Assembly (NCBI GenBank): GCA_963718525.1
Contig: OY970355.1
Coordinates: forward strand, 1,920,001 to 1,984,000
From: Candidatus Dormiibacterota bacterium
Lineage (GTDB): Bacteria > Chloroflexota > Dormibacteria > Aeolococcales > Aeolococcaceae
Length of the DNA stretch: 64,000 nucleotides
Reading direction: 5' to 3'
Below the pieces are notes generated by a model, which was given only the letters and a program-made list of their open reading frames with translations, was not told where the DNA came from and did no database searches. Each line of letters starts with the position of its first letter. Positions within the stretch are counted from its first letter, which is position 1. Of this stretch, positions 43,754 through 53,299 are shown piece after piece. Made by a program: the position numbers and the translations under genes.

Positions 43754-44815
43754 ATGAGAAGCGAGCCATTCGTCCGGCCCACTACTACAGGACGCCTTCG
43801 CGCGGTGTTGATGCTCGGGAGCATCATCGCGGTGACGGCGCTCACTGTAAGGTCGCAGGAGACTGTGCATGCGGTCACAGCGTCGCCGGCCACGGCTCCG
43901 GCGCAACTCTTCGGCGTCCATCCCGTTCAGGAAGGGCGCACGACGCTGCCGGGAGGGCACTTCAACTTCGCGCTCGTGCCGGGGCAGCGCATCTCTGACG
44001 GAATCGTGGTGGAGAATTTCTCCAATCACATCCTGCATTTTCACGTGTACGGGGCAGATCTCCTCACGGCAACGGGCGGCGGCCAAACTCCCGCGCAGCC
44101 AACCGCTAAGATGCACGCGGTTGGCGCATGGATCGCTGTTTCGGTGACGACAATTGCCGTCGCCGCACACAGCCAGGCCACCGACACGTTCACGCTGACG
44201 GTACCCATCGTGGTTTCGTCCGGCCAGCATCTCGGGGCTGTCGTGGCGGCGGCCAGTGTTGGTGTGACACCGCAAGGGAATCCGATCGAGGCGCGCGCGG
44301 CGTTGATCGCAGTGGTCACCGTGCCCGGCGTCGCTCGCTCATCGGCAGGTCTCACGCCGTTGGTCGGATCGGCTGCCACGGCGGGACAGGTTGGGTTTGG
44401 CATCACGATCTCGAACAGCGGTAACGTGCTGCTGACGTACGCGGGCGTGCTCGTGATCGACGATGCCGCCGGGCATCGTCTCGCCACCCTTCAGCTCACC
44501 CCCACCAACACATATGTCGTACCGAGCGGTCACGTACCACTCGCCGCGATCTGGAGGGAACCTGCTGAGCTGGCTGCAATGTACCGAGCTCAAGCCGTCG
44601 TCACCGTTTTCGACAACGGACAACGAGTTCGTACGCTGACCTCGCAATCCATCGCTCTGCGGTTGTCACCCAGTGTTCCGGCGTTTGTCCCCGTCGGTCT
44701 TGGCATGGCGCTGGCGGCGATGATCCTTCTCGCGGTGTGGATCGTGCGTCGTGTCGCAGGACGGCGCGACAGCACGGTCGCGCGACATCGCCGACTTGGG
44801 ATCGGCAGCCCATGA
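43754..44815 (+). CDS. DUF916/DUF3324 (WxL-interacting) protein with C-terminal TM anchor
   Basis: FALVPGQRISDGIVVEN, VYGAD, VGAWI, FTLTVP...GQHLGA, NSGNVLL, TM followed by RR. Confidence 0.75.
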   Translation: MRSEPFVRPTTTGRLRAVLMLGSIIAVTALTVRSQETVHAVTASPATAPAQLFGVHPVQEGRTTLPGGHFNFALVPGQRISDGIVVENFSNHILHFHVYGADLLTATGGGQTPAQPTAKMHAVGAWIAVSVTTIAVAAHSQATDTFTLTVPIVVSSGQHLGAVVAAASVGVTPQGNPIEARAALIAVVTVPGVARSSAGLTPLVGSAATAGQVGFGITISNSGNVLLTYAGVLVIDDAAGHRLATLQLTPTNTYVVPSGHVPLAAIWREPAELAAMYRAQAVVTVFDNGQRVRTLTSQSIALRLSPSVPAFVPVGLGMALAAMILLAVWIVRRVAGRRDSTVARHRRLGIGSP

Positions 44816-46621
44816 TCCAAACCACTTCGATTGAGAGAGGCGCTCGAGTCACCTCGAACTCGACGACCCGATGGCGGTGCGCACGCAGCCACGGCGAGGC
44901 TTGACCGTCCGACGGTGCTTGTTGTCGATGACAACTCGGGGATGCGCGATGCGGCCGAGCGCATCCTGAAACGGGCCCGCTACCGAGTTGTGCAGGCGGC
45001 AAGCGCCGGAGAGGCGCGGTTAGCGTGGATTGCACACCACCCCGAGGTCGCACTTGTCGATCTCGAGCTCGGTGGCGAATCGGGATCGGTGCTGCTCGAC
45101 GAGACGTGGGTGCGAGATCTCGACACCGCCATCGTCGTGTTCACCGGATCGGACGACGTCGACGTGGCGAACCAATCCTTTGAAAACGGGGCCTCGGGTT
45201 ACGTGGTCAAGCCGTTCACACCCAACGAACTCCTCATGCAGGTCAGCAGTGCGCTGCGCCGCCGTCATCTCGAGCGGGCGGTCGCAGACCACGTGCGGGA
45301 GCTCGAGCGCAAGGTCATCGAGAGCGCGACGGGCATCAGCGACCTGAGGAGGCGCCTGGAGACCGCGACGTCGGGATCGCTCGACGACGAGCAACTCGTA
45401 CAACATCTGTGCTCTGCGGTGTGCCTTCGCGACGGTGACCTTGGCCGCCACATCGAGCGAGTGAGCGTGACCGCGGCGGCGCTCGCTGACTGGTGCGGAT
45501 TTGTGGTCGATCCCGCGCCCGCCATTCGCCTCGCTGCGGCGCTCCACGACGTCGGCAAGATCGGCATCCCTGACTGGGTGCTGCTCAAGCCGGGACGGCT
45601 GACCCCCGACGAGCGGACGATCATCGAGCGGCATTGCGAGCTGGGTCACGCGCTGTTGAGCGGCTCGAGCAGCCCCATCCTGGTTCTTGCGGCGTCGGTA
45701 GCGCTCAATCACCATGAACGTTGGGACGGCAACGGGTATCCGAACCGCCGCAGCGGTGACGACATACCCCTTGAAGCGCGCATCACCGCGGTGGCGGATG
45801 TCTTTGACGCGCTCACCCGCGACCGCGTGTATCGAGCGGCCCTTCCCGTTGACACGGCGATCGACGTCATGCTCCGCGATCGAGGCGGCCTCTTCGATCC
45901 GAGGCTGCTGGATCTCTTCCTTGATCGTCTTGACGACGTATTGGATCTGACGAAGACGCTTCCCGATCTTGAGGTCGCGCGTGTCACGCGCCTTGTCATC
46001 GCCGGCGATGAGCCCGTTCTCGTCGAAGGTTTGTTCCGCCTGATGAACCGGAGAGGCGAGACGCGTGTGATCGGGAGCGGACAGACGTGGGATGAGGCGC
46101 TGGAAGCCGTCCGAAGCCTCCGTCCTGACGTGTTGCTGGCCGACTACCGGCTGCCCGGCGGTGACGCCGCAGCCTTGACCGAGGTCGTGCTCGCTGAGCA
46201 TCCCGAGACCAAGGTGATCGTGCGCATTGACACCACGGCGCAGGAGGCCGCACTGCGATGCGTCGCGGCTGGGTGCTCGGGAGTGATCTCCAAGACCGCA
46301 CCGGTGGATGACGTTGCGAGGGCGATTCGGCGTGTCCATGACGGCGAGTTGGTGATCCCTGCCGAACTGCTCCCCCAGGTGGTTTCGGGGCTGCGTCGCA
46401 TGGGACACCGTGTCGGGGAAGACATGACGCGTCGAGAGAGCGAGCTGCTGGGACATCTGGCACGCGGCCTCTCGCTGATTGACATCGCGTCGGCCATGTC
46501 CATCAGCATGAACACCGCACGCAACCACACACAACGCGTGATCGAGAAGTTGGGTGCGCACTCCAAGCTCGAGGCCGTCGTCATCGCCATGCGGGAGGGA
46601 CTGGACGTGGCACCGAAATGA
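44812..46621 (+). CDS. REC-HD-GYP-REC-LuxR HTH fusion protein
   Basis: VLVVDD...VDL...KPF; LHDVGKIG, HHERWDGNGYP, ADVFDAL; LLADYRLPG; TRRESELL...TARNH HTH. Start is either TTG 44831 or ATG 44812 with a +1 error at ~44857. Confidence 0.85.
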
Positions 46622-48555
46622 CCAAGGGCGAACCTCTTGTCGACGCGCAACTTGCAGGCTTTCTTGAGATGGTCCCTGGCGCGATTCTCTGCGTCGTTAG
46701 CAATGGAGCAATCGTGTGCGCCAACGCCGCGGCTGCAGGGCTCTTCGGTTACGAGCGCGGCGCGTTGATGAACGTCCAGGTTGAGCTCCTCTTGAAGCGG
46801 TCATACAGCGAACTCGTTTCCCGGCAGGAATCCGCCACGCAGCTGGCAGCTCGTCGCAAGGATGGTGTGGAGTTTGCTGCCGAGGTCTTGGTGACGTTGA
46901 CGCAGGTCGATGGGCGACCGGTTGTGACGATCGCTCTTCGAGACGTCAGCGAGCGAGGACGCGACCATGCGACGTTTCGCGGGGTGGTCGAGGGATCCGA
47001 CGACGCGGCCGTCGCAATGGACAGTGGCGGACGGATAGCCCGCGTCAACGCAGAAGCCGAGGAGTTGTTCGGATATGCGAGCAGCGAACTCATCGATCAC
47101 AGCATCGACATGCTGGTGCCGCAGACTTCGCAGAGCATCACTGCCCCGGTAGGATCGCGCCGGGGTCCAGGTCAGGCGTCCGAGCCGCTCGAGGTTGGGT
47201 CGCCGCTCGAGGGGCGGCGAAAGGACGGTTCAGAGTTCCCCGTGGAGATCTCCCTCTCGGCGCTCGAGACCAGCGACGGCCCGCTGATCTCAGCGGCAAT
47301 CCGCGATGCGAGCGATCGCACGGTAACCCGCCGTGAGGAGGATCGGGCCAAGATCCAACGTTCGCGCGACCTCCTCGAGACGCGTCTCCACCAGTCCCAC
47401 CAACTCGAGAGCCTCGGTCAGCTGGCCGGCGGCGTTGCGCACGACTTCAACAATCTTCTGGCCGCGATCCTGAACTACTCCGCGTTCGTGTCCGATGGGA
47501 TTGAAGCGGAGCTCGAGACGCGTCCGGTCGATGCACGCGTGAACCTCACTGCTGTGCTGAGCGACGTCGCGCAGATCGGGGCGGCAGCGGAGCGAGCGGC
47601 CGGGCTCACCCATCAACTGCTCTCCTTTGCTCGGAGAGAGGTGAGAAATCTCGAGGTTCTCGACATCAACGATATCGTCGGAGAGGTCGAGACCCTGCTG
47701 CGCCGAACCATTGGGGAGCACGTGACCCTGGTGACCCGCGGTGCGCCGGACCTCAAGGCGGTACGGGCTGATCGGGGGCAGATCGAACAGATTCTTCTCA
47801 ACCTGGCGGTGAACGCACGCGACGCGATGCCAAATGGCGGGACGCTGAGCGTCGCGACCGAGAACTTCACGGTCGATGAAGAGTATTCAGCCCTCCATCC
47901 GGTGGTCGAAGCCGGATCATACGTACGGCTGCGCGTCACCGACACGGGCGCAGGAATGGATCGTGAAACGCTCGATCAGGCGTTCGAGCCGTTCTTCAGC
48001 ACCAAGGCCAAGGACAAGGGAACCGGGCTCGGTCTCGCAACCGTGTACGGAATTGTGAGTCAGATGGCGGGGCTGGTGGAACTCGATTCGAAGGCGGGTG
48101 CGGGCACCAGCGTTACGATCCTCTTGCCGACCGTCGTCACGGCAGTCACGGAGCCCGTGCCGCCGCGACACGTCACCGTGCATCAAGCCGGGGAAACCGT
48201 TCTCGTGGTCGAGGATGAGGAACCGGTCCTCGACGTGACGAGCCGGATTCTGGCGCAGCATGGCTATCACGTCCTGGTGGCACGGAGCGGAGCGGAAGCA
48301 TTTGCAGTGCTCGAGGATCATTCGGGGTCGATCGATCTCCTGCTCACGGACGTCGTCATGCCGGGGATCACCGGAAAAGAGATCGCAGAGAGGGTTTCCG
48401 AGCTGCGCCCCGCGATTCGCGTGCTCTACATGTCCGGTTACCCCGAGTTGGTGGTCGCGTCACAGGGCGTCGTTGGTCAGGGAATTCGCCTGCTGTCCAA
48501 GCCCTTCAAGGCATTGGAGCTGTTGGACCGCGTGCGCGCGGTCCTCGACGCCTGA
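46618..48555 (+). CDS. PAS-PAS hybrid sensor histidine kinase with receiver (CckA-like)
   Basis: Two RRKDG PAC motifs, GVAHDFNN, NLAVNARDAM, DTGAGM, FEPFFSTK, GTGLGL, LLTDVVMPG. Confidence 0.92.
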   Translation: MTKGEPLVDAQLAGFLEMVPGAILCVVSNGAIVCANAAAAGLFGYERGALMNVQVELLLKRSYSELVSRQESATQLAARRKDGVEFAAEVLVTLTQVDGRPVVTIALRDVSERGRDHATFRGVVEGSDDAAVAMDSGGRIARVNAEAEELFGYASSELIDHSIDMLVPQTSQSITAPVGSRRGPGQASEPLEVGSPLEGRRKDGSEFPVEISLSALETSDGPLISAAIRDASDRTVTRREEDRAKIQRSRDLLETRLHQSHQLESLGQLAGGVAHDFNNLLAAILNYSAFVSDGIEAELETRPVDARVNLTAVLSDVAQIGAAAERAAGLTHQLLSFARREVRNLEVLDINDIVGEVETLLRRTIGEHVTLVTRGAPDLKAVRADRGQIEQILLNLAVNARDAMPNGGTLSVATENFTVDEEYSALHPVVEAGSYVRLRVTDTGAGMDRETLDQAFEPFFSTKAKDKGTGLGLATVYGIVSQMAGLVELDSKAGAGTSVTILLPTVVTAVTEPVPPRHVTVHQAGETVLVVEDEEPVLDVTSRILAQHGYHVLVARSGAEAFAVLEDHSGSIDLLLTDVVMPGITGKEIAERVSELRPAIRVLYMSGYPELVVASQGVVGQGIRLLSKPFKALELLDRVRAVLDA

Positions 48556-48608
48556 CCATCTCGGGCACGTTCCGAAGAGGACCGGGGAGCTGAGCGCACC
48601 CGCGGGGA

Positions 48609-48662
48609 TTGACACGCGGCTAGTCAGTGCTACTATGTACCAGTAGTCAGTGGCGCTGAGTA
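48609..48662 (+). promoter_or_regulatory. sigma70-type promoter and putative PadR operator
   Basis: TTGACA-N16-TACTAT with TGn; imperfect palindrome TAGTCAGTGGCGCTGAGTA at 48644-48662; half-site TAGTCAGTG at 48621. Confidence 0.65.
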
Positions 48663-48676
48663 GCTGAGGAGGTTCC

Positions 48677-49006
48677 GTGGGCAGGCAGATGACGGAGATG
48701 CTCAAGGGCACGCTTGAAGGCATCGTCCTCGCGATCCTGTCTGTGCGTTCGGCCCACGGGTACGAGATCACGGCACGATTGCGGGAGCAGGGCTTCACCG
48801 ACATCGCCGAAGGCACGGTCTACGCCCTGCTGGTCAGGTTCGAGCAGAAGAGCCTCGTCGACGTCCAGAAGACCCCGTCGGAGAAGGGGCCGCCGCGCAA
48901 GGTGTATTCGCTCAACGCGCAGGGGCAGGAATACCTCGAGGAGTTCTGGAAGACGTGGGCCTTCCTCGCCGAACAACTCGAACAGCTGCATGAAGGAGGC
49001 ACGTGA
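48677..49006 (+). CDS. PadR-family transcriptional regulator
   Basis: MLKGTLE...HGYEI...EGTVY...GPPRKVYSL; GAGGAGG RBS. Confidence 0.93.
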   Translation: MGRQMTEMLKGTLEGIVLAILSVRSAHGYEITARLREQGFTDIAEGTVYALLVRFEQKSLVDVQKTPSEKGPPRKVYSLNAQGQEYLEEFWKTWAFLAEQLEQLHEGGT

Positions 49007-49398
49007 CGATGTCTGATCTTGAAAGGAGCGGCTTCATCTCGAAGGTGATCGGCGAGAAGCGGCAATGGCGGCAGCACAAAGCGCGCACGCGACAGCTTCC
49101 CGCGGGCTATCGCACGGCGGTCGAGGCCCTCGAGCGGTACCTGATGTACGCCGGGCCGGGGGGCGACGGCGCCGCCGCGGCCTCAATGTTCGAGGACCTC
49201 CTCGACTTGTTCGAGCAGAGCGCGGCGAACCAGACCCCGATCCGGGAGATTGTCGGGGAGGACCCCGTGGAGTTCCTCGAGGCCTTCGTTCGAAACTACC
49301 CGAACGGGCAGTGGAGAACCCGGGAGCGGGACCGGCTGACCCGCGCCATCGAGCGTGCCGAGGGAGAAACCACCGGAACCGAAGAGATATCCCGATGA
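49003..49398 (+). CDS. DUF1048-family protein
   Basis: EKRQWR...LPAGY...DLFEQSAA...IVGEDPVEF; typical padR-DUF1048-ABC context. Confidence 0.85.
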   Translation: MTMSDLERSGFISKVIGEKRQWRQHKARTRQLPAGYRTAVEALERYLMYAGPGGDGAAAASMFEDLLDLFEQSAANQTPIREIVGEDPVEFLEAFVRNYPNGQWRTRERDRLTRAIERAEGETTGTEEISR

Positions 49399-50204
49399 CG
49401 ACGCAGGCCGCTCAGGCGATCCAGGTGCAGGGCCTGGCGAAGTCGTACAAGAAGCTCGAGGTGCTGCGTGGCGTGGACTTCGACGTGGCGCGGGGCAGCA
49501 TTTTCGCCCTGCTCGGCTCGAACGGGGCGGGCAAGACCACGATCGTGAAAATCCTGTCCACCCTGCTCAAGGCTGATGCGGGCGCTGCCAGCGTCAACGG
49601 CTTCGATGTCGCCACGCGGGCTGCGGACGTGCGGGAGTCCATCAGTCTCACCGGACAGTTCGCGGCCGTCGACGAGATCCTCAGCGGTCGCGAGAACCTC
49701 GTGCTGGTCGCCAAGTTGCGGCACCTCAAGGACCCTGGCGCGATTGCCGATGCGCTGCTCGAGCGCTTCTCATTGACCGACGCGGCCGCGCGGAAGGTGT
49801 CGACGTTTTCGGGTGGCATGCGCCGCCGCCTCGACATCGCGATGAGCCTCATTGGCGATCCGCAGGTCATCTTTCTCGACGAGCCGACGGCCGGGCTCGA
49901 CCCCCAGGGACGCATCGACGTGTGGCGGGCCGTCAAGGAGCTCGCAGAGCACGGCACGACGGTGCTGCTCACGACGCAGTATCTGGACGAGGCCGAACAG
50001 CTCGCCGACCGGATCGCGATCCTCCACGGGGGCCGGATCATCGTCAACGGCACGCTCTCCGAGCTCAAGCGACTGCTCCCGCCCGCCAGGGTCGAATACA
50101 TCGAGAAGCAGCCCACCCTCGAAGACGTGTTCTTCGCAATCGTCGGTGAGAACGGCAATGACGCCAACGCCGGCAATCACCGCAGCGCCGGCACGAACGA
50201 GTAA
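49395..50204 (+). CDS. ABC transporter ATP-binding protein (DrrA-like)
   Basis: GSNGAGKT, FSGGMRRR, FLDEPT, TTQYLDEA. Confidence 0.93.
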   Translation: MTTQAAQAIQVQGLAKSYKKLEVLRGVDFDVARGSIFALLGSNGAGKTTIVKILSTLLKADAGAASVNGFDVATRAADVRESISLTGQFAAVDEILSGRENLVLVAKLRHLKDPGAIADALLERFSLTDAAARKVSTFSGGMRRRLDIAMSLIGDPQVIFLDEPTAGLDPQGRIDVWRAVKELAEHGTTVLLTTQYLDEAEQLADRIAILHGGRIIVNGTLSELKRLLPPARVEYIEKQPTLEDVFFAIVGENGNDANAGNHRSAGTNE

Positions 50205-50213
50205 GGAACCACG

Positions 50214-50975
50214 ATGACCAGGCATTTCTTCGGCGACACTGCCGTCCTGGCTGGCAGATCCCTGCGCCATATCGCGCGCAGCGTGGACACCATCATCACG
50301 ACCACGATCATGCCGATCGCCTTCATGCTGCTGTTCGTCTACGTGTTCGGCGGCGCGATCAAATCAGGATCCGACTCGTACGTGAGCTACCTGCTTCCCG
50401 GCATTCTGATCATCACGATTGCCTCGGGCATCTCGTACACCGCATTCCGGCTCTTCCTGGATATGAAGAGCGGCATCTTCGAGCGATTCCAGTCGATGCC
50501 GATCGCACGGTCGTCCGTGCTGTGGGCGCACGTGCTGACCTCGCTGGTCGCCAACCTGATCTCGCTCGTGGTCGTCATGCTCGTCGCCCTCCTCATGGGC
50601 TTCCGCTCGGGCGCGGGACTGCCGGCGTGGCTCGCGGTCGCCGGCATCCTCATCCTGTTCACGCTGGCGTTGACGTGGATCGCCGTCATCCCTGGTCTCT
50701 CCGCGAAGTCCGCGGACGGCGCGAGCGCGTTCGCCTACCCGCTCATCTTTCTGCCGTTCATCAGCTCGGCATTCGTTCCCACCAAGACCATGCCCGGCCC
50801 GGTGCGCGCCTTCGCCGAGCACCAGCCGGTGACGTCCATCGTCAACGCCATCCGCGAACTGTTCGCACAGCAGCCCGTCGGCGCCGACATCTGGGTTGCG
50901 CTTGCCTGGTGTGTCGGCATCCTCATCGTCGCCTACCTCTTCGCGATGGGCATCTACCGCCGCAGGATCTCGTAG
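50214..50975 (+). CDS. ABC-2 type transporter permease (DrrB-like)
   Basis: FVYVFGGAI, GIFERFQSMP, SSAFVP...MPG...QPVT. Confidence 0.9.
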   Translation: MTRHFFGDTAVLAGRSLRHIARSVDTIITTTIMPIAFMLLFVYVFGGAIKSGSDSYVSYLLPGILIITIASGISYTAFRLFLDMKSGIFERFQSMPIARSSVLWAHVLTSLVANLISLVVVMLVALLMGFRSGAGLPAWLAVAGILILFTLALTWIAVIPGLSAKSADGASAFAYPLIFLPFISSAFVPTKTMPGPVRAFAEHQPVTSIVNAIRELFAQQPVGADIWVALAWCVGILIVAYLFAMGIYRRRIS

Positions 50976-51152
50976 TCCGGCAGCGTGTGGCAGTGCTGGG
51001 CTTCGCGCATCGTTGCTGGGTCCATGGCGGCAATACCGGGCATCGACACCCTATCGAGACAGATTCCCTCCTGTCGGGATCTCTCGAGCTCTCCGGGTTC
51101 GGAATCGTGCCGACCGATCACGCACGCATGAACGTCACGTCCCCGCCGAAGT

Positions 51153-51228
51153 TGGAGCGGGAGACGAGACTCGAACTCGCGACATCCAGCTTGGAAGGCT
51201 AGCGCTCTACCAACTGAGCTACTCCCGC
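51153..51228 (-). tRNA. tRNA-Gly(TCC)
   Basis: Minus strand GCGGGAGTAGCTCAGTTGGTAGAGCGCTAGCCTTCCAAGCTGGATGTCGCGAGTTCGAGTCTCGTCTCCCGCTCCA; 76 nt, cloverleaf, encoded CCA. Confidence 0.97.
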
Positions 51229-51312
51229 GTTCCTCCATGGTACCCGCCATTCGCACGGCGGACGCAGCGGGCGTAGGCTCACGGACGAAGTCAGGTCCAC
51301 AGGAGGAGCCGG

Positions 51313-51981
51313 ATGACCGAGACAGCGAAAGTGGCGGCGCAGCCCTCCACCGGGCTCGCGGCCAGTCTCCGCCGAGGGATCGTCGCGGAGCGTCGCTCGG
51401 GCCTCATCGTGAGTTTGCTGTTGATTCCGGCGATCCTCGCCACCAATCTCATCTACAACTCGCTGAACCACGGTCCCAACCGCATCTTCCTGGAGACACC
51501 ACTCGATCGAGCGTTGCCCGTCGTGCCAATCTTCGCCGTCCCGTACGTCTCGCTGATCCCGTACATCGGGGTGAGTCTCCTTGCCTTCATGTTCGTGCGT
51601 GTCCGCATCTATCGCTCGGCAGCATTGACGATGCTCATCGTCTGGTTCATCAGCTACGGGTTCTACATCTTCCTGCAGTCCTATATCGCCCGGCCGCATA
51701 TCACGGGCACCGATGCCTTCTCTTCGATGATCCGGAGCATCTACGCGGCCGACCAGCCGTACAACGATTTCCCGAGCCTCCACACGTCTCTGTCCACGAT
51801 CATCGCGATGCACTGGTGGCGCTTCGATCGCCGGATCGGCATCGCAGCAGCCATCTGGACGGCACTCATCGTTGCGTCGACCGTGCTCGTCAAGCAGCAC
51901 TACATCGCTGACGTGGCCGGTGGACTCGCGCTGGCGGTGGTCACGTCGCTGTTCGTGATGCGCGTCACCAGAGTGGGGTGA
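51313..51981 (+). CDS. PAP2-family membrane phosphatase
   Basis: RP...FPSLH...STVLVKQHYIAD; AGGAGG RBS. Confidence 0.88.
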   Translation: MTETAKVAAQPSTGLAASLRRGIVAERRSGLIVSLLLIPAILATNLIYNSLNHGPNRIFLETPLDRALPVVPIFAVPYVSLIPYIGVSLLAFMFVRVRIYRSAALTMLIVWFISYGFYIFLQSYIARPHITGTDAFSSMIRSIYAADQPYNDFPSLHTSLSTIIAMHWWRFDRRIGIAAAIWTALIVASTVLVKQHYIADVAGGLALAVVTSLFVMRVTRVG

Positions 51982-52049
51982 TGCGCGGATCCAGCGCCTG
52001 CGGTACCATGCGGTGGACCGATCCACACGACCACCGGAGGGCAACAGAC

Positions 52050-52115
52050 ATGACACGTGCGATTGCGCCTGCAGCGCCCACCACTGACGTCGTGCCCGGC
52101 GGCTCCGCCGCCTGA
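52050..52115 (+). other. Putative 21-aa leader peptide upstream of rsgA
   Basis: GGAGG 52036-52040, ATG 52050, MTRAIAPAAPTTDVVPGGSAA*. Confidence 0.35.
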
Positions 52116-52193
52116 TCGTCCGCTGAGTTCCGCCACATCACGGCGGGACTGCACTCGGGGCTCCGGGCTCTCACTGCAGCATGGAGTTCCCAC

Positions 52194-53234
52194 TTGTCTC
52201 ACGACCTTGACCGTCTCACCGCGCTAGGGTGGAACGGACCACTCGAATCGGCGTTCGCTGGCGCCACTCGCAGCGGCCAACGTGGCCTCGTTGTCCGTGG
52301 TGACGGGCACGTGGTCACTGTCCTGACCGACGCCGGTCAGCGGCGTGTGCCGCTGGCGGCCGCGGTGTCCGGCCTGCCCGACGATGGCGCCATCACCACC
52401 GGCGACTGGCTCGTGGTCGAGGATGGCGTCGCGACACACGTCCTGCCACGGCGAAGTGCGCTGATGCGCCGCGCAGCCGGCGAGGCCACTGCTGGCCAGG
52501 CGGTTGCGGCCAACATCGACCTCGTGTTCATCACCGTCGCGCTCGGACACCCCATCAGACTGAGGCGGATCGAACGTGCTCTCGCCATGGCCTGGTCGAG
52601 CGGAGCGGCACCCGTCGTCCTCCTGACGAAATCAGACCTGAGTGGCGACATCGACGCGGATCTCCGCGCCGCGCGTTCGGTCGCGGCCGGCACCGAGGTC
52701 ATCGCTGTGAATGCGTCCGGCGAAGGCCTCGCCCGTGTGCGTGAGGTGCTCCTCGAAGGGCTGGTCGCCGTGCTGGTCGGACCAAGCGGCACCGGGAAGT
52801 CAACCCTCGTCAACCGCTTGTCGGGAAACGAAGTGCTCGTGACCGCCGAAGTGCGCTCGGACGGCAAGGGCCGGCACACCACGACGCACCGTGAGCTGAT
52901 CGAACTCCCCGGAGGCGGGCTCATCATCGACACGCCGGGCACGCGAGAACTCGGCCTTTGGGACGCCGGCGCCGGCATCGAGGAAGTGTTCGGCGATCTC
53001 ACCGAGGTCGCCGCGCAATGCCGCTTCAGGAACTGCAAACACGAAAACGAACCGGGATGCGCTGTGCGCGCTGCGGCGGCCGACGACCCGACCGTTCTGG
53101 CGAGACTCGCCTCCAAACGCAAGCTCGAGCGCGAGCAGGAGCGCCTCGACAACGCACGTGACCTGCGAGCCAAGGCGGAGCAACGACGCGAGCTTCGTCG
53201 GCGCGCGCGAGCGATGCGCCAGCGCTCACCCTGA
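52194..53234 (+). CDS. rsgA: Ribosome small subunit-dependent GTPase A
   Basis: TGDW, AANID, TKSD, GPSGTGKS, GRHTT, DTPG, CRFRNCKHENEPGC. Confidence 0.93.
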   Translation: MSHDLDRLTALGWNGPLESAFAGATRSGQRGLVVRGDGHVVTVLTDAGQRRVPLAAAVSGLPDDGAITTGDWLVVEDGVATHVLPRRSALMRRAAGEATAGQAVAANIDLVFITVALGHPIRLRRIERALAMAWSSGAAPVVLLTKSDLSGDIDADLRAARSVAAGTEVIAVNASGEGLARVREVLLEGLVAVLVGPSGTGKSTLVNRLSGNEVLVTAEVRSDGKGRHTTTHRELIELPGGGLIIDTPGTRELGLWDAGAGIEEVFGDLTEVAAQCRFRNCKHENEPGCAVRAAAADDPTVLARLASKRKLEREQERLDNARDLRAKAEQRRELRRRARAMRQRSP

Positions 53235-53299
53235 GCCGGCGGTGCTCCGGGGGGACGTCAATACCCGCACGCTCATCGAGCGTTCGGGGCGTCTCCAGC

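Noticed and set aside
51153-51228. Prophage or integrative element at tRNA-Gly
   Set aside because: No integrase, phage genes or att duplication seen in the window.
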